IMG/VR virus record: IMGVR_UViG_3300042554_001073
Length of the DNA: 64,000 nt
Strand: one strand, 5' to 3'
Source of the DNA: a virus
A program made the position numbers and the translations under genes. The notes under the pieces were generated by a model. It made no database searches. It was not told the origin of the DNA and was given only the letters and a program-made list of their open reading frames with translations. Positions 35,961 through 45,699 of the stretch are shown piece after piece; the first letter of the stretch is position 1; each line of letters starts with the position of its first letter.

Positions 35961-38900
35961 TAACTCTCAGGTCCTTAATTCTTGGAACATATACTTGGTT
36001 TGTAGATGTTCCAACCAACTTAATTCTATAACTTCTAAATGGTGGAAGATTATCAGCAGTAAAATTATACTCCTTGAAATCTAAAAGTTCCGAATTAAAT
36101 TCAAGAGAAGTTGATGGTGTTACAAAGGAATCTGGTCTTCCACTACTATTTTCTAGAGAAATAATTTGAGATCTGAAATCAAGATTATCATACCCAGGGA
36201 AAGGAGTGAATAGAGGTTCGAATCCAGGATTTTCTCCAATGGAATAGAAAGCTCTCAAGTCACAATATGAATTAATATAAGCATTTAAAATAATCTTAAG
36301 TGAAGTTGCTGGAGTTTCTAAACTGATTTCTTTAGAAATATACTGGAAGGCAGTAGGATCTTCGAAAATAGACGCTGTTCTATTATCTGTAGCATAATTT
36401 GTAATTACACTATTAACTCTGTTAGATGTAAGAATAGTGCTTACTCTTTGAGTATCAACAACGGGCGATAGATATGTATTTGTTGTGTTGAGTTTTAATC
36501 TCAAATTGAGTGATTTATTTCCAGGCAAAGCACTCAAGTTTGTATCTTCATTAATCTTAGAACATACCATTCTAGGTGTAGAGAAATAATTTGGTTGATT
36601 AACCGAAATTTGTTCAAATCCAACATCAACAAAAGCAATCTCATTTCCACTTATGCTAGTCCCTGTTACAGTTCTAGCTTCGGCACTTAGAGATGTTCCT
36701 TGAACAGTCAAATTCTGAACAATTGGTGTAATAATCTCATAAGCAATATTTTGTGTGGATTTTATGTTATATCCACCACTCGATTTAGTTTCATTTTGAT
36801 ATAGTTTTCTAAATCCACTTCCTGTTGATCTATCTGTTCCATCAGAAGACATATCCAATTTAATATTGTAGTAGTCAAAACCTACAGGATTGCTGATAGT
36901 AGCATTATCTAAACTATGAGTTTTGTTAATTCTTCTCAAAGAAATTCCATTATTTTCATACTTATAAACCTGACTACCAATTGGATAAGTGAGGGGATTA
37001 GATCCTCTTACAATATTTCCACTAATAACATTTCCAGATACAGAAGTGTATTCAATTATTTCATTACCAATTTTTAAGTATCCTGGGTTTGTGGTTCCTA
37101 CCCCAACACCTTCAAATATTCCAAAATTAGTTGCATCATCAACACTAATTGAACCAGTTGAATCTGAAGCGTAACTGACTGTTAGTTTTGTTGGCTTAAT
37201 ATCTGATTCTACATCAGATATTGTAACCAAATTGCCTTCAGCATACATTCCATGATTCTTATGATTTACTTTAATATGTAATCCATCAGTAACGGTGATA
37301 ACTTCACTCGCATGTATTCCGCCACCAAGAGAAGCATTTAAGTCCGTTGTTATTCCGGAATTATTGATGTATGTGATTGTATTTGCTGAACCAACTTCAA
37401 AGTTTCCTTGAACATTGTCAATTATGAGTTGATTTGTATTAGCAATAGAAACTATAGTAAATCTAGCATCTCTACCTACGGATACAGACCCTAAAGTAGT
37501 AATTCCTACAGTGTCTCCAACTTTATAACCGTTTCCACTGCTAACAATTGTTGCTGCTATAGCAACACCGTTATTGATGGTAACGTCTGCTGTAGCTCCA
37601 GAACCATTTCCAGTTAGTCTTGAAAGAACTACATTACTATAAGTAAAGGACCCAGATGATGGAGTATATCCAATTCCTGGATTTGATATCGATAGTGTTC
37701 CCGTAGCAATTCCTGCGTTTCCTACATAATTTCCACTGGCTCCAGTTCCAACTTGAACTATGGTATTTCCAAATGTCAAATTTGGATCATTAATTGTTGA
37801 AGAAAGACTTACTCTAACTCTCTGTGATCTGAAGTTTAATGAATTTGGGAGTAACTTGGCAATTTGTCCGTTGCCTTCTGAAAGTTGTGGACTATAGAAC
37901 TCAGCAGTTCCGTTTTCAATAAAGTCTGCTCTATATAAAGTAAACTTAAGATCTTCCCACTGACTTGCTTCCCAAGTAGAGGCATTTTGTGACTTAAACA
38001 GGGATCCCAAGTATGGTTGGTTTGAAATGAATGTTTGAGTAATCAAATCATTCTCACCAATTCTTGAAATATAAACGCTATACTTGGTTGAGTTTGATGC
38101 TAAACAAATACAATATTCCTTTCCACCTTCAAGATAGATTGGTGCTTTAAACTGAACATTTGTCGCAACGCTTCCATCTCCTGAAGTGTTAACTTCATTT
38201 GGTTCCAAAACAATTTCGGAGAAAGGAATTACATTTTGAGTTGGGAATCCTCCCTGCATTGTTCTTAACTGGAACGTTACAGGAATGTCAGCATCATCCT
38301 TTGATCTAAAGAATACATCACAACTTGTTAAGAATACTCCAAACTCATTGTCAACTAAGAAAGATTGTGCTAGTGGATCATACCATCCAACAATTCCACC
38401 TCTAGTTGTTTGGGAAATAACTCTACTACTTACTAATTGAGTTCCTGTTGTTCTAGCAACTGCTTGCTCTTCAAACACTTGCTTGTTTTCAATCCTAGCA
38501 TTTCTTACAGAAATAATATTTTCCTGGACAGTTTCCAGAGTTCCACTTGAAGTAAATGCTTCTTCGGCAATTGTAGTCGCAACATTTTGATCATTAGTAT
38601 CATCATTTACGAGGGTGAATGTTTTAGTTCCAGCTTCAAATCTTGGATGAATATTAAGGTTTGGATTTGGAATGTATAAACTTCCAATTAAAGTTGCCGA
38701 TAGATCTGAAATCAATCTTACATTATTAATAGTTGCTTGAGCCTGACTAGTCTGCCCAATGAGAATCATTCCAGACTCCACCCATCCACTAAACTCTCCC
38801 TGGGGAGCATTTGATAGTGAGAAAGTATCAATATTTAATATTGTTGAAGTAGATGAGTATGATTCTTGTAGAATTTGTGAGGTATATGGATTTTGGGGGA

Positions 38901-41900
38901 ATGTTGTTGAAGGTATATTATAAGGTCCCTCTTTGTGGTTAGATTGTGCTACTCTAAATGTTATTCTTGCTGAGGTGGTTTCGGTTCCCTGTCCAAGACC
39001 AGTTTGTTGGACATATCCAGTAACAGTTTCTCCAACTTCAAATACTCCAGAGAGCATTGTAATTTCTAGAAGTTTTGGAACGCAATAACGAGTAACATCT
39101 ACACCATCAAAGAAAGCGTAAAGTCTAGTCAAAGGTTTAACTTTCTTAGAAATAAATTGAACGTTTCTTGATCTCATATAAGGAACAAGATCTCTACGAA
39201 CAACTCTATCTCCAACTGAAGTTTGGTCAAACTGTTCAGTAACTATAGTCTGAACACCAGTTCTTGACATTACGCCGGTGTCTCTTACTTCTCTAAATGT
39301 ATCTTGAATTGTTGTATCTGTTACAGTTCCCCATACAGCTCTTCCCCAAGGTGGACTGACTTCGTTTGAGGTTCTTCTAGTACTAGTTGTTTCAACTACA
39401 TCTTGACCAGTCCAATTAGTTACCCATGCATTCCAAACAGTAGGAGCAAATCCTGTTTGTGGATCAACATTTAATGTTCTAGCAGAGTTTGCCAGTGTTT
39501 CCGCGTAATTACCTTCGGTATTAATAATCTTAGCTTCTAATCTTGTAGTATCTACCCAAGTATCTGTTGCTGGAGTCAACTCAACAGTTCCTTGCCAAAA
39601 ACTGATTAGGAAAGGAGTAACACTTTCAGATCTAGTCGCAAATGTCTGCTTTAACCATTCAACTTCAGCATAATCCAATGTTAAAATATCACCCGTTTTT
39701 CTAACATTAATACCTTCAATTGGTTCAAAGGCTAAATCTGTAGTTGGATCTACACCAACAACAGGACCTTCAATCAAATCTACAGAAGTTGTATAGTGGC
39801 TTGGTCTTAATTCTTTATTTTTAGAATCAACGCTATTTTTAATAGAAACTTTATCTTCTTGAGCTAAGAAAGAAGAGAAGTTATCTACAAAGAATCCAGA
39901 CTTAAATCTATTCAGACCATCGGCATCGGGAACAAATAAATTAGCAGTATTAGACTCTAGAAGAGATAATGTTGTGTAATATTCAAGATTTTTAATTCTA
40001 TTTTCAAGTTGTTTAATATCTACCATTCTATATCTCTTATGCTCAAGAAATTCTATAGAAGCTTGAGAAGTATCATAAAGATAAGGTGGAAGATTGATGG
40101 TTGCTATTTCTAGAGAATCGTCTACGGAAACTGGTTTTTCTGGTCTCTCAGATGGTTCTCCATATTTTACTTGCAGTTTTCCATCTTTACCTAGATATAA
40201 TCTATCAATTCTTCCAAGATAGAATGAAAAAGTTAATAAAAGTGTTTCATCAGATGCTAAAACACTAGTTGAAGAATTTCCAGTCCCATCAAATGTTCTT
40301 CCATAAAATTCTAAAGGAGAACGACTTCCTTCAGAAGTTGTATATTCGGAAGCTCTTGGTCTTATATCAATAATATCGGACACTCTGACATTATCTACAT
40401 TTTGAATTTCTAAGGAATAATCAAATGTGTCGTATGAGCTAGCAGTTGTAATATCACCATCATCAGTTAAATCGTAATATCCATTACTATAATAAACTTT
40501 TATTTTTTTAGTTGGCTCTGAAGACTCAGATTTTCTGGTTAGATATCCATAACTATATTGAGTGCTAGATTGACCATTATTGTAAGTGTAATTAAAAGAT
40601 ACATCAAAACTTGGAGTTTCTAAAGTTACAATTTGACCTTGAACTGCACTTTCTCCAAAAACTAAAGTTTCTCCCTCATTGAAAGTATTTTGATTTTTGT
40701 ATATGAATGAAATTTGGGAAGAAGTTAACTTTTCAGCAACTACTGCTATTGCTCCACTTGTTTGCCCTACTATCTCCTCACCAATTATCAGTTCCTGTGT
40801 CGTTGAAGAAGAACTTGAGAGTGATGATAAGATTGCTCTTGGTGGTGATGGATCAGTTGTATCGGCAGATTCATAAATTCCGTGAATTTCAATAATATCT
40901 GGAGTATTTAAAGAAATATTTTCATCTTGAACTCTTGTTCCATAAGGATAATTTCCAAATATTAAACCATCATTTAGAGTAGTTGCTCCTATTCCAGAAC
41001 CTTCATATTTTGAATTGCTTATAAGAATAGAATTTACTCTATTTTTTCTCTTAATCTTTGATTTGGGGTTAATTTTTTGTAAAGTAGCGGTCAGTGTTGC
41101 CCCAGTATCATCTCCACTCAGGTTGTAAATCTGAAGCTGTGTTCCACCAGCAATAAAGGCAAACTTATCGGCAGTTAAGACTTCCGATTCTCCATTAGAT
41201 CTAATTAGTGAATATCTTTCAACGTCAAAAGCAGCAAAAGTTTCATTAGTTCCTGCTGTTACGTTTGCTGATAGTTGATTTCCTGAAATATTGACTGAGA
41301 AAGACTTTCTTATTGTTAAAGTACCAGCAGAAAGATCAACTGAAGAAATATTATTTTTTGGTAGTTTTGTATATAATGTATTATCTTCTGAAGACTCTAA
41401 AGCAGTATTGATTACCTTAAAGTCAGTAATATCTAGAATAGAAGATTGTGGAAGAACTGAAGATGTAATTCCAGAAACAGTCTGAACAGAAGTAACTTCA
41501 ACAGATGTTGTTCCAACACTAACAACTCTTGCTACTACTGGATCGGGTAAAGATGTATCCGTATATGTTACTAAGTTATTTTTAAATATTCTATTAGATC
41601 CTGGGAAAAGCGTATTTGGTGACTTTACGGTGCTAGTGAATAGTGGATTCGAAATAACTACCTCATCACCAATAACTAATTGCGAAACTCTTGTAAAGGT
41701 TACCGCAGTTCCAGTTATCATTGAGGAAACATTATTAAAAGTTACCGCAACTCCTGCAGATATTGTGACTCCGGAAGTATTTCCGGTTCCAATATTTACG
41801 AAGGTGTCTCCTATCGATACAATGGTAACATTTGTTAAAGCTGTGCCAACAGACATTCTGCTAACTCCAGCAACAACTCCAGTAACTATACCAACAAAAA

Positions 41901-44115
41901 TTGAAGTAGATCCAACTCCAACTGTAGAAGATACTGTAGTTTGTAGAGTGGAGGTTGAAGTAAAAGCAGCACCTATCTGAACAAAAGTGTCACCTACCGC
42001 AACAATAGGTGCTGTCGTAAGTGCTGTTCCGACCGTAATGCTACTTCCTATTGTAAGTGCTTCTGTAGAACTATTCACAAAAATAATATCAGAACCAAAT
42101 CCTACAGTATTTGTAAGAGTGGTTTCAAAAGATGTTCCTAGTCCAATAGCACTATCTGGAGATATTCTTACAAAAGTATCTCCTATGGAAACTATTGGAG
42201 CATTAGTTACTGTTCCAGTTCCTGCTGTAATAGAATTTCCTATGGAAATTGAAATATTATCAATTCCATTTAGACTAAACTGATTTATGTCTAAGTAAAT
42301 TACTGTTGATCCAACACCAACAGTGGATGTTAAAGTTGTTCTGAGTAGTTCTTCGTTAATAAAATATTTTTCAACTCCAACTGTAGCGATTCCTACGTTA
42401 AAACTTGTGGACTGGATTACATCAGCATTAAAAGTTGACGCACTTCCAACTTTTCCATAAACAGATTTTACATCAGAAATACCATGAGCAGTTACTGCTA
42501 AACCAATTACTCCAGATTCTATGCCATCAAACGAAAGAGATTCATTTGGAATAAATTTTCCCTTTACATCATAAATTGTTAGTGATCTTGAATTTATTAT
42601 ACTTTTTCTTAAAAATCCACTAGCCCCACTGTTATTACCTTTAATATAAGTTGGAACTGATAAAGTTACTGTGTTGTTTAGGTGGATATTAGTGAATGTC
42701 TGAATATCAAATAAAGATACGTGCCATTCATTTAAGTCTCTATTGGTAGTGCTATAAGAACCAGACTCAAGTTTAAAGTCATAAACTCTAGCAACGCCAA
42801 CTTCTGTTCCAGCAGCAGTAGTAGAAGCAGATCCTACTCTTTGATCTCTCAGGCTAACAACATAAGTATTTCCCAATCCAATCTGTGGAGCACCTAAAAC
42901 TCTATTAAGTTTTAGTGTTGGACCAGTATTATATACAATAGATTGATTAGTTAAAGTTTTTACAGTTCTTGGTTTGGGAACATCTAAAAATGATGTAGAA
43001 ATTAAATCTACTTCATACCCTCTGACAAAAGCTTTACCTGGAGAAACTTGATACAGTGCTAGATCATCTGAAGGAGTTGACCCACCATAGGTAAACTGAC
43101 CCGCATTAAATATTCCTCTATTTCCTTTATTATTGTTTAGTGAATCTTTTACTGAAATGTCAAAGGGAGATACTACATAATCCCCAGATTCCGCATATGT
43201 TCTTCTCGCTAACTCATCAGTAACTAAGTTATAGTTACTTGGAATAGTTTTTGTACGAATAACTCCATCATTAATTGTTGCTAACTCGATGAAGTTGTTA
43301 TCATCAAAATCTGTTAAACTTTTTTTGAATAAAAATGTAGATATCTTTAATCTGTCGGCTCCAGGAGCAGCATAATTGTTTTCTCCTTGTGAATTATCTG
43401 TAAGTGTTTCATCAATATCTGATGTTATTATCTCTTCATTGATATACAAACCTACTCTGTAATTTGGAGTATTTGTATATTGGTCTAATATTAAAGTCTC
43501 TGTATTTACATTAACAAAATTTCCTCTAATAAAATAGACTCCTTCGGAAATATTAAATGAGCAACCAACTGCTGCGGCATCATTCGCTAAAGTTATGGCA
43601 AATGGTTCTCCTGCCTGTATTACAGTATTTCCGAGTAATCCAGAGCTTATTGTAATATTTGCTGTTAATAATTCCCCATCAGAAAACTGTTGGGTTGAAT
43701 TGTTTTGGGTATTTGAGCTTAGATAGTTGATGTATAGAGTTAGGTTACCTCTTTCGGAATCTTGTGCGAGTAGAACTTTGTCTACAACTGCAGTAACTCC
43801 AGAAGTCTGTCCTGATATCTTTGCCCCAACCAATTGGTCAACATAAGCCGCTACAGGAACACCTAGATAATTATTCTGAAGTTGAATGGCATAATATAAT
43901 GCGTTATATCCAGTATTACCTGGAATTACTTTAGCGCCTTCTTTGAAAAAATGTTGACCAAATCTTTCAATTTGGTTCTGTAAAATGGACTGTAGAGTTG
44001 TTAATTCTCTTGCTTGGACAGGATATCCTGGTTTAAAAAGTACGCGGTGATAGTCATTATTAGGATTAAAGTCATCAAAGTATGGAGCTACATTGAGATT
44101 TGTTTGCTGAGACAT
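35947..44115 (-). CDS. Large virion structural protein (VrlC/DUF4815-like, 2722 aa)
   Basis: N-terminus TNLNVAPYFDDF...VLFKPGYPVQARELTTLQSILQNQIERFG, YAAPGADRLKI, YDPLAQSF, W...QWEDLKFTLYRA. Confidence 0.8.
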   Translation of the reverse strand: MSQQTNLNVAPYFDDFNPNNDYHRVLFKPGYPVQARELTTLQSILQNQIERFGQHFFKEGAKVIPGNTGYNALYYAIQLQNNYLGVPVAAYVDQLVGAKISGQTSGVTAVVDKVLLAQDSERGNLTLYINYLSSNTQNNSTQQFSDGELLTANITISSGLLGNTVIQAGEPFAITLANDAAAVGCSFNISEGVYFIRGNFVNVNTETLILDQYTNTPNYRVGLYINEEIITSDIDETLTDNSQGENNYAAPGADRLKISTFLFKKSLTDFDDNNFIELATINDGVIRTKTIPSNYNLVTDELARRTYAESGDYVVSPFDISVKDSLNNNKGNRGIFNAGQFTYGGSTPSDDLALYQVSPGKAFVRGYEVDLISTSFLDVPKPRTVKTLTNQSIVYNTGPTLKLNRVLGAPQIGLGNTYVVSLRDQRVGSASTTAAGTEVGVARVYDFKLESGSYSTTNRDLNEWHVSLFDIQTFTNIHLNNTVTLSVPTYIKGNNSGASGFLRKSIINSRSLTIYDVKGKFIPNESLSFDGIESGVIGLAVTAHGISDVKSVYGKVGSASTFNADVIQSTSFNVGIATVGVEKYFINEELLRTTLTSTVGVGSTVIYLDINQFSLNGIDNISISIGNSITAGTGTVTNAPIVSIGDTFVRISPDSAIGLGTSFETTLTNTVGFGSDIIFVNSSTEALTIGSSITVGTALTTAPIVAVGDTFVQIGAAFTSTSTLQTTVSSTVGVGSTSIFVGIVTGVVAGVSRMSVGTALTNVTIVSIGDTFVNIGTGNTSGVTISAGVAVTFNNVSSMITGTAVTFTRVSQLVIGDEVVISNPLFTSTVKSPNTLFPGSNRIFKNNLVTYTDTSLPDPVVARVVSVGTTSVEVTSVQTVSGITSSVLPQSSILDITDFKVINTALESSEDNTLYTKLPKNNISSVDLSAGTLTIRKSFSVNISGNQLSANVTAGTNETFAAFDVERYSLIRSNGESEVLTADKFAFIAGGTQLQIYNLSGDDTGATLTATLQKINPKSKIKRKNRVNSILISNSKYEGSGIGATTLNDGLIFGNYPYGTRVQDENISLNTPDIIEIHGIYESADTTDPSPPRAILSSLSSSSSTTQELIIGEEIVGQTSGAIAVVAEKLTSSQISFIYKNQNTFNEGETLVFGESAVQGQIVTLETPSFDVSFNYTYNNGQSSTQYSYGYLTRKSESSEPTKKIKVYYSNGYYDLTDDGDITTASSYDTFDYSLEIQNVDNVRVSDIIDIRPRASEYTTSEGSRSPLEFYGRTFDGTGNSSTSVLASDETLLLTFSFYLGRIDRLYLGKDGKLQVKYGEPSERPEKPVSVDDSLEIATINLPPYLYDTSQASIEFLEHKRYRMVDIKQLENRIKNLEYYTTLSLLESNTANLFVPDADGLNRFKSGFFVDNFSSFLAQEDKVSIKNSVDSKNKELRPSHYTTSVDLIEGPVVGVDPTTDLAFEPIEGINVRKTGDILTLDYAEVEWLKQTFATRSESVTPFLISFWQGTVELTPATDTWVDTTRLEAKIINTEGNYAETLANSARTLNVDPQTGFAPTVWNAWVTNWTGQDVVETTSTRRTSNEVSPPWGRAVWGTVTDTTIQDTFREVRDTGVMSRTGVQTIVTEQFDQTSVGDRVVRRDLVPYMRSRNVQFISKKVKPLTRLYAFFDGVDVTRYCVPKLLEITMLSGVFEVGETVTGYVQQTGLGQGTETTSARITFRVAQSNHKEGPYNIPSTTFPQNPYTSQILQESYSSTSTILNIDTFSLSNAPQGEFSGWVESGMILIGQTSQAQATINNVRLISDLSATLIGSLYIPNPNLNIHPRFEAGTKTFTLVNDDTNDQNVATTIAEEAFTSSGTLETVQENIISVRNARIENKQVFEEQAVARTTGTQLVSSRVISQTTRGGIVGWYDPLAQSFLVDNEFGVFLTSCDVFFRSKDDADIPVTFQLRTMQGGFPTQNVIPFSEIVLEPNEVNTSGDGSVATNVQFKAPIYLEGGKEYCICLASNSTKYSVYISRIGENDLITQTFISNQPYLGSLFKSQNASTWEASQWEDLKFTLYRADFIENGTAEFYSPQLSEGNGQIAKLLPNSLNFRSQRVRVSLSSTINDPNLTFGNTIVQVGTGASGNYVGNAGIATGTLSISNPGIGYTPSSGSFTYSNVVLSRLTGNGSGATADVTINNGVAIAATIVSSGNGYKVGDTVGITTLGSVSVGRDARFTIVSIANTNQLIIDNVQGNFEVGSANTITYINNSGITTDLNASLGGGIHASEVITVTDGLHIKVNHKNHGMYAEGNLVTISDVESDIKPTKLTVSYASDSTGSISVDDATNFGIFEGVGVGTTNPGYLKIGNEIIEYTSVSGNVISGNIVRGSNPLTYPIGSQVYKYENNGISLRRINKTHSLDNATISNPVGFDYYNIKLDMSSDGTDRSTGSGFRKLYQNETKSSGGYNIKSTQNIAYEIITPIVQNLTVQGTSLSAEARTVTGTSISGNEIAFVDVGFEQISVNQPNYFSTPRMVCSKINEDTNLSALPGNKSLNLRLKLNTTNTYLSPVVDTQRVSTILTSNRVNSVITNYATDNRTASIFEDPTAFQYISKEISLETPATSLKIILNAYINSYCDLRAFYSIGENPGFEPLFTPFPGYDNLDFRSQIISLENSSGRPDSFVTPSTSLEFNSELLDFKEYNFTADNLPPFRSYRIKLVGTSTNQVYVPRIKDLRVIALA

Positions 44116-44121
44116 AATTCT

Positions 44122-45669
44122 TTAGAACTGCAAAATGACTTTAATATCTTCTTTTTGGTTTGATGACCGCGTAATTGCTGGTCTATTATCCACGTAGATA
44201 ATGTTTCCCGAATGTCTTTTTACTTCTGGATCTGATACTCCATTAGTAAAAGTCTGTCCAAGGTAGTAGGTTCTATTATTTATTACGGTAGATATACCAG
44301 AATATGTATCATCAATGGTAAGTGTTAAGGAACCGCCGTCAATTGATAGACTTCCTCCTGTTCCTGGGGATGAAGTAAAATCTGTTAAATCGAATCCATA
44401 TTGTGGATTAGTTTGTGCTGTACCAACAGTGTTAAAACCAGCAAGTGTTCTATCTTGCCAATATTTTAGAACACCTGTTACTTGATTGTAACTAATAACT
44501 CTACCTATAGCAGTTGTTCCTGTTGAAACAGTTTGTGTAATAAATGAATCTGATGTAAAAGTCGCTGAACTATATCCAGCTCCAGTTAAACGGAGAGCAT
44601 TGACAGCACTTGCTCTATCTGATGTTAATAATGTTCCAGTTGTAACTTGTGGATTTTCTAAAATTCCAACTCTAGCAATTTGATTTCCTGTTATAAAATC
44701 TGGATTTTCATTATTATTTTCAATTCTCGAATACATTAAAACATTGAACGCACCAAGTTCTCTATAGATGTCATATCCATGCCCACCTTGGGGAGACATT
44801 ATTACATCAAAAAGTGGTCTAGTCGTTCCTGTTGGAACATTTCCTGCTACCAAATCAATATTTCCATAAGTATATCCAGAACCTTGATTTGATACAGTTA
44901 CTGATTCAACTTCTTGGTCATTATTAACAACAATTGTACACTCTGCCCCTGTTCCGTCACCTTTAATTGGAACTCTTGTATATGTTGTATTTGCTGTACC
45001 AATACCAACTCCTCTATTTGTAATAGTAACTATTTTTATAGATCCATCTATAGCATTATCTCTCACTGAAGCATTTTCTGTAGAGGTTTCCCAATCAGTC
45101 GGTACTGAGATAAAATCAGATGATTCAAATTTTATTACATCTGCTGGTTTAATAGTGTACAAATACTTCCAAATATAACCATCCCCACTAGACCCAGCTG
45201 CTCTTGGTTCTAGGTCAGTAAAAGTTGGTTCATCTAACGATGGTTTGCCATTTGGAGTTTCTGGTGTAATTCCATTCTGAAGACAAACATAAACTCTATA
45301 TTCACTATTCATCACAAAATAGAAAGCGGAATATAAGTTAGTTGCTCCAGAAACTTTAGCTACATTTGATCTACTATAATCATGACGATACATATCATAT
45401 GTAACTCCAGAAGTCCAAACTCTCTTTGGAACAACTTGACGAATATCTGAAGAATTTATTTTCTTCAGAGCAATCATTGTATCCCAATAATCATTTTCCT
45501 GATCAAAATTATCTTTAGGAGCTGGGGGGTTATTATCCCAATCAGTTTGATAATCTGTGGGATTTGGCAACCCAATAAAAGAATAATATGAATTTGTTGC
45601 GGCAGTAACTCCAGCAACAAAGTTCTTAGCATTTAATATTCTAATCTGATCAGTTATAATTGCAGACAT
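44122..45669 (-). CDS. g8: Baseplate wedge subunit gp8
   Basis: MSAIITDQIRILNA, YRVYVCL, DGYIWKYLYTI, GNIIYVDNR..ITRSSNQKEDIKVILQF. Confidence 0.92.
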   Translation of the reverse strand: MSAIITDQIRILNAKNFVAGVTAATNSYYSFIGLPNPTDYQTDWDNNPPAPKDNFDQENDYWDTMIALKKINSSDIRQVVPKRVWTSGVTYDMYRHDYSRSNVAKVSGATNLYSAFYFVMNSEYRVYVCLQNGITPETPNGKPSLDEPTFTDLEPRAAGSSGDGYIWKYLYTIKPADVIKFESSDFISVPTDWETSTENASVRDNAIDGSIKIVTITNRGVGIGTANTTYTRVPIKGDGTGAECTIVVNNDQEVESVTVSNQGSGYTYGNIDLVAGNVPTGTTRPLFDVIMSPQGGHGYDIYRELGAFNVLMYSRIENNNENPDFITGNQIARVGILENPQVTTGTLLTSDRASAVNALRLTGAGYSSATFTSDSFITQTVSTGTTAIGRVISYNQVTGVLKYWQDRTLAGFNTVGTAQTNPQYGFDLTDFTSSPGTGGSLSIDGGSLTLTIDDTYSGISTVINNRTYYLGQTFTNGVSDPEVKRHSGNIIYVDNRPAITRSSNQKEDIKVILQF

Positions 45670-45699
45670 TTGACGGAGTTTTTTATCTATTTATTATGA

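Noticed and set aside
41630-42283. Plus-strand ORFs 41630-41980 and 41987-42283
   Set aside because: Open antisense frames produced by the Val/Thr/Gly-rich repeats of the 2722-aa protein.
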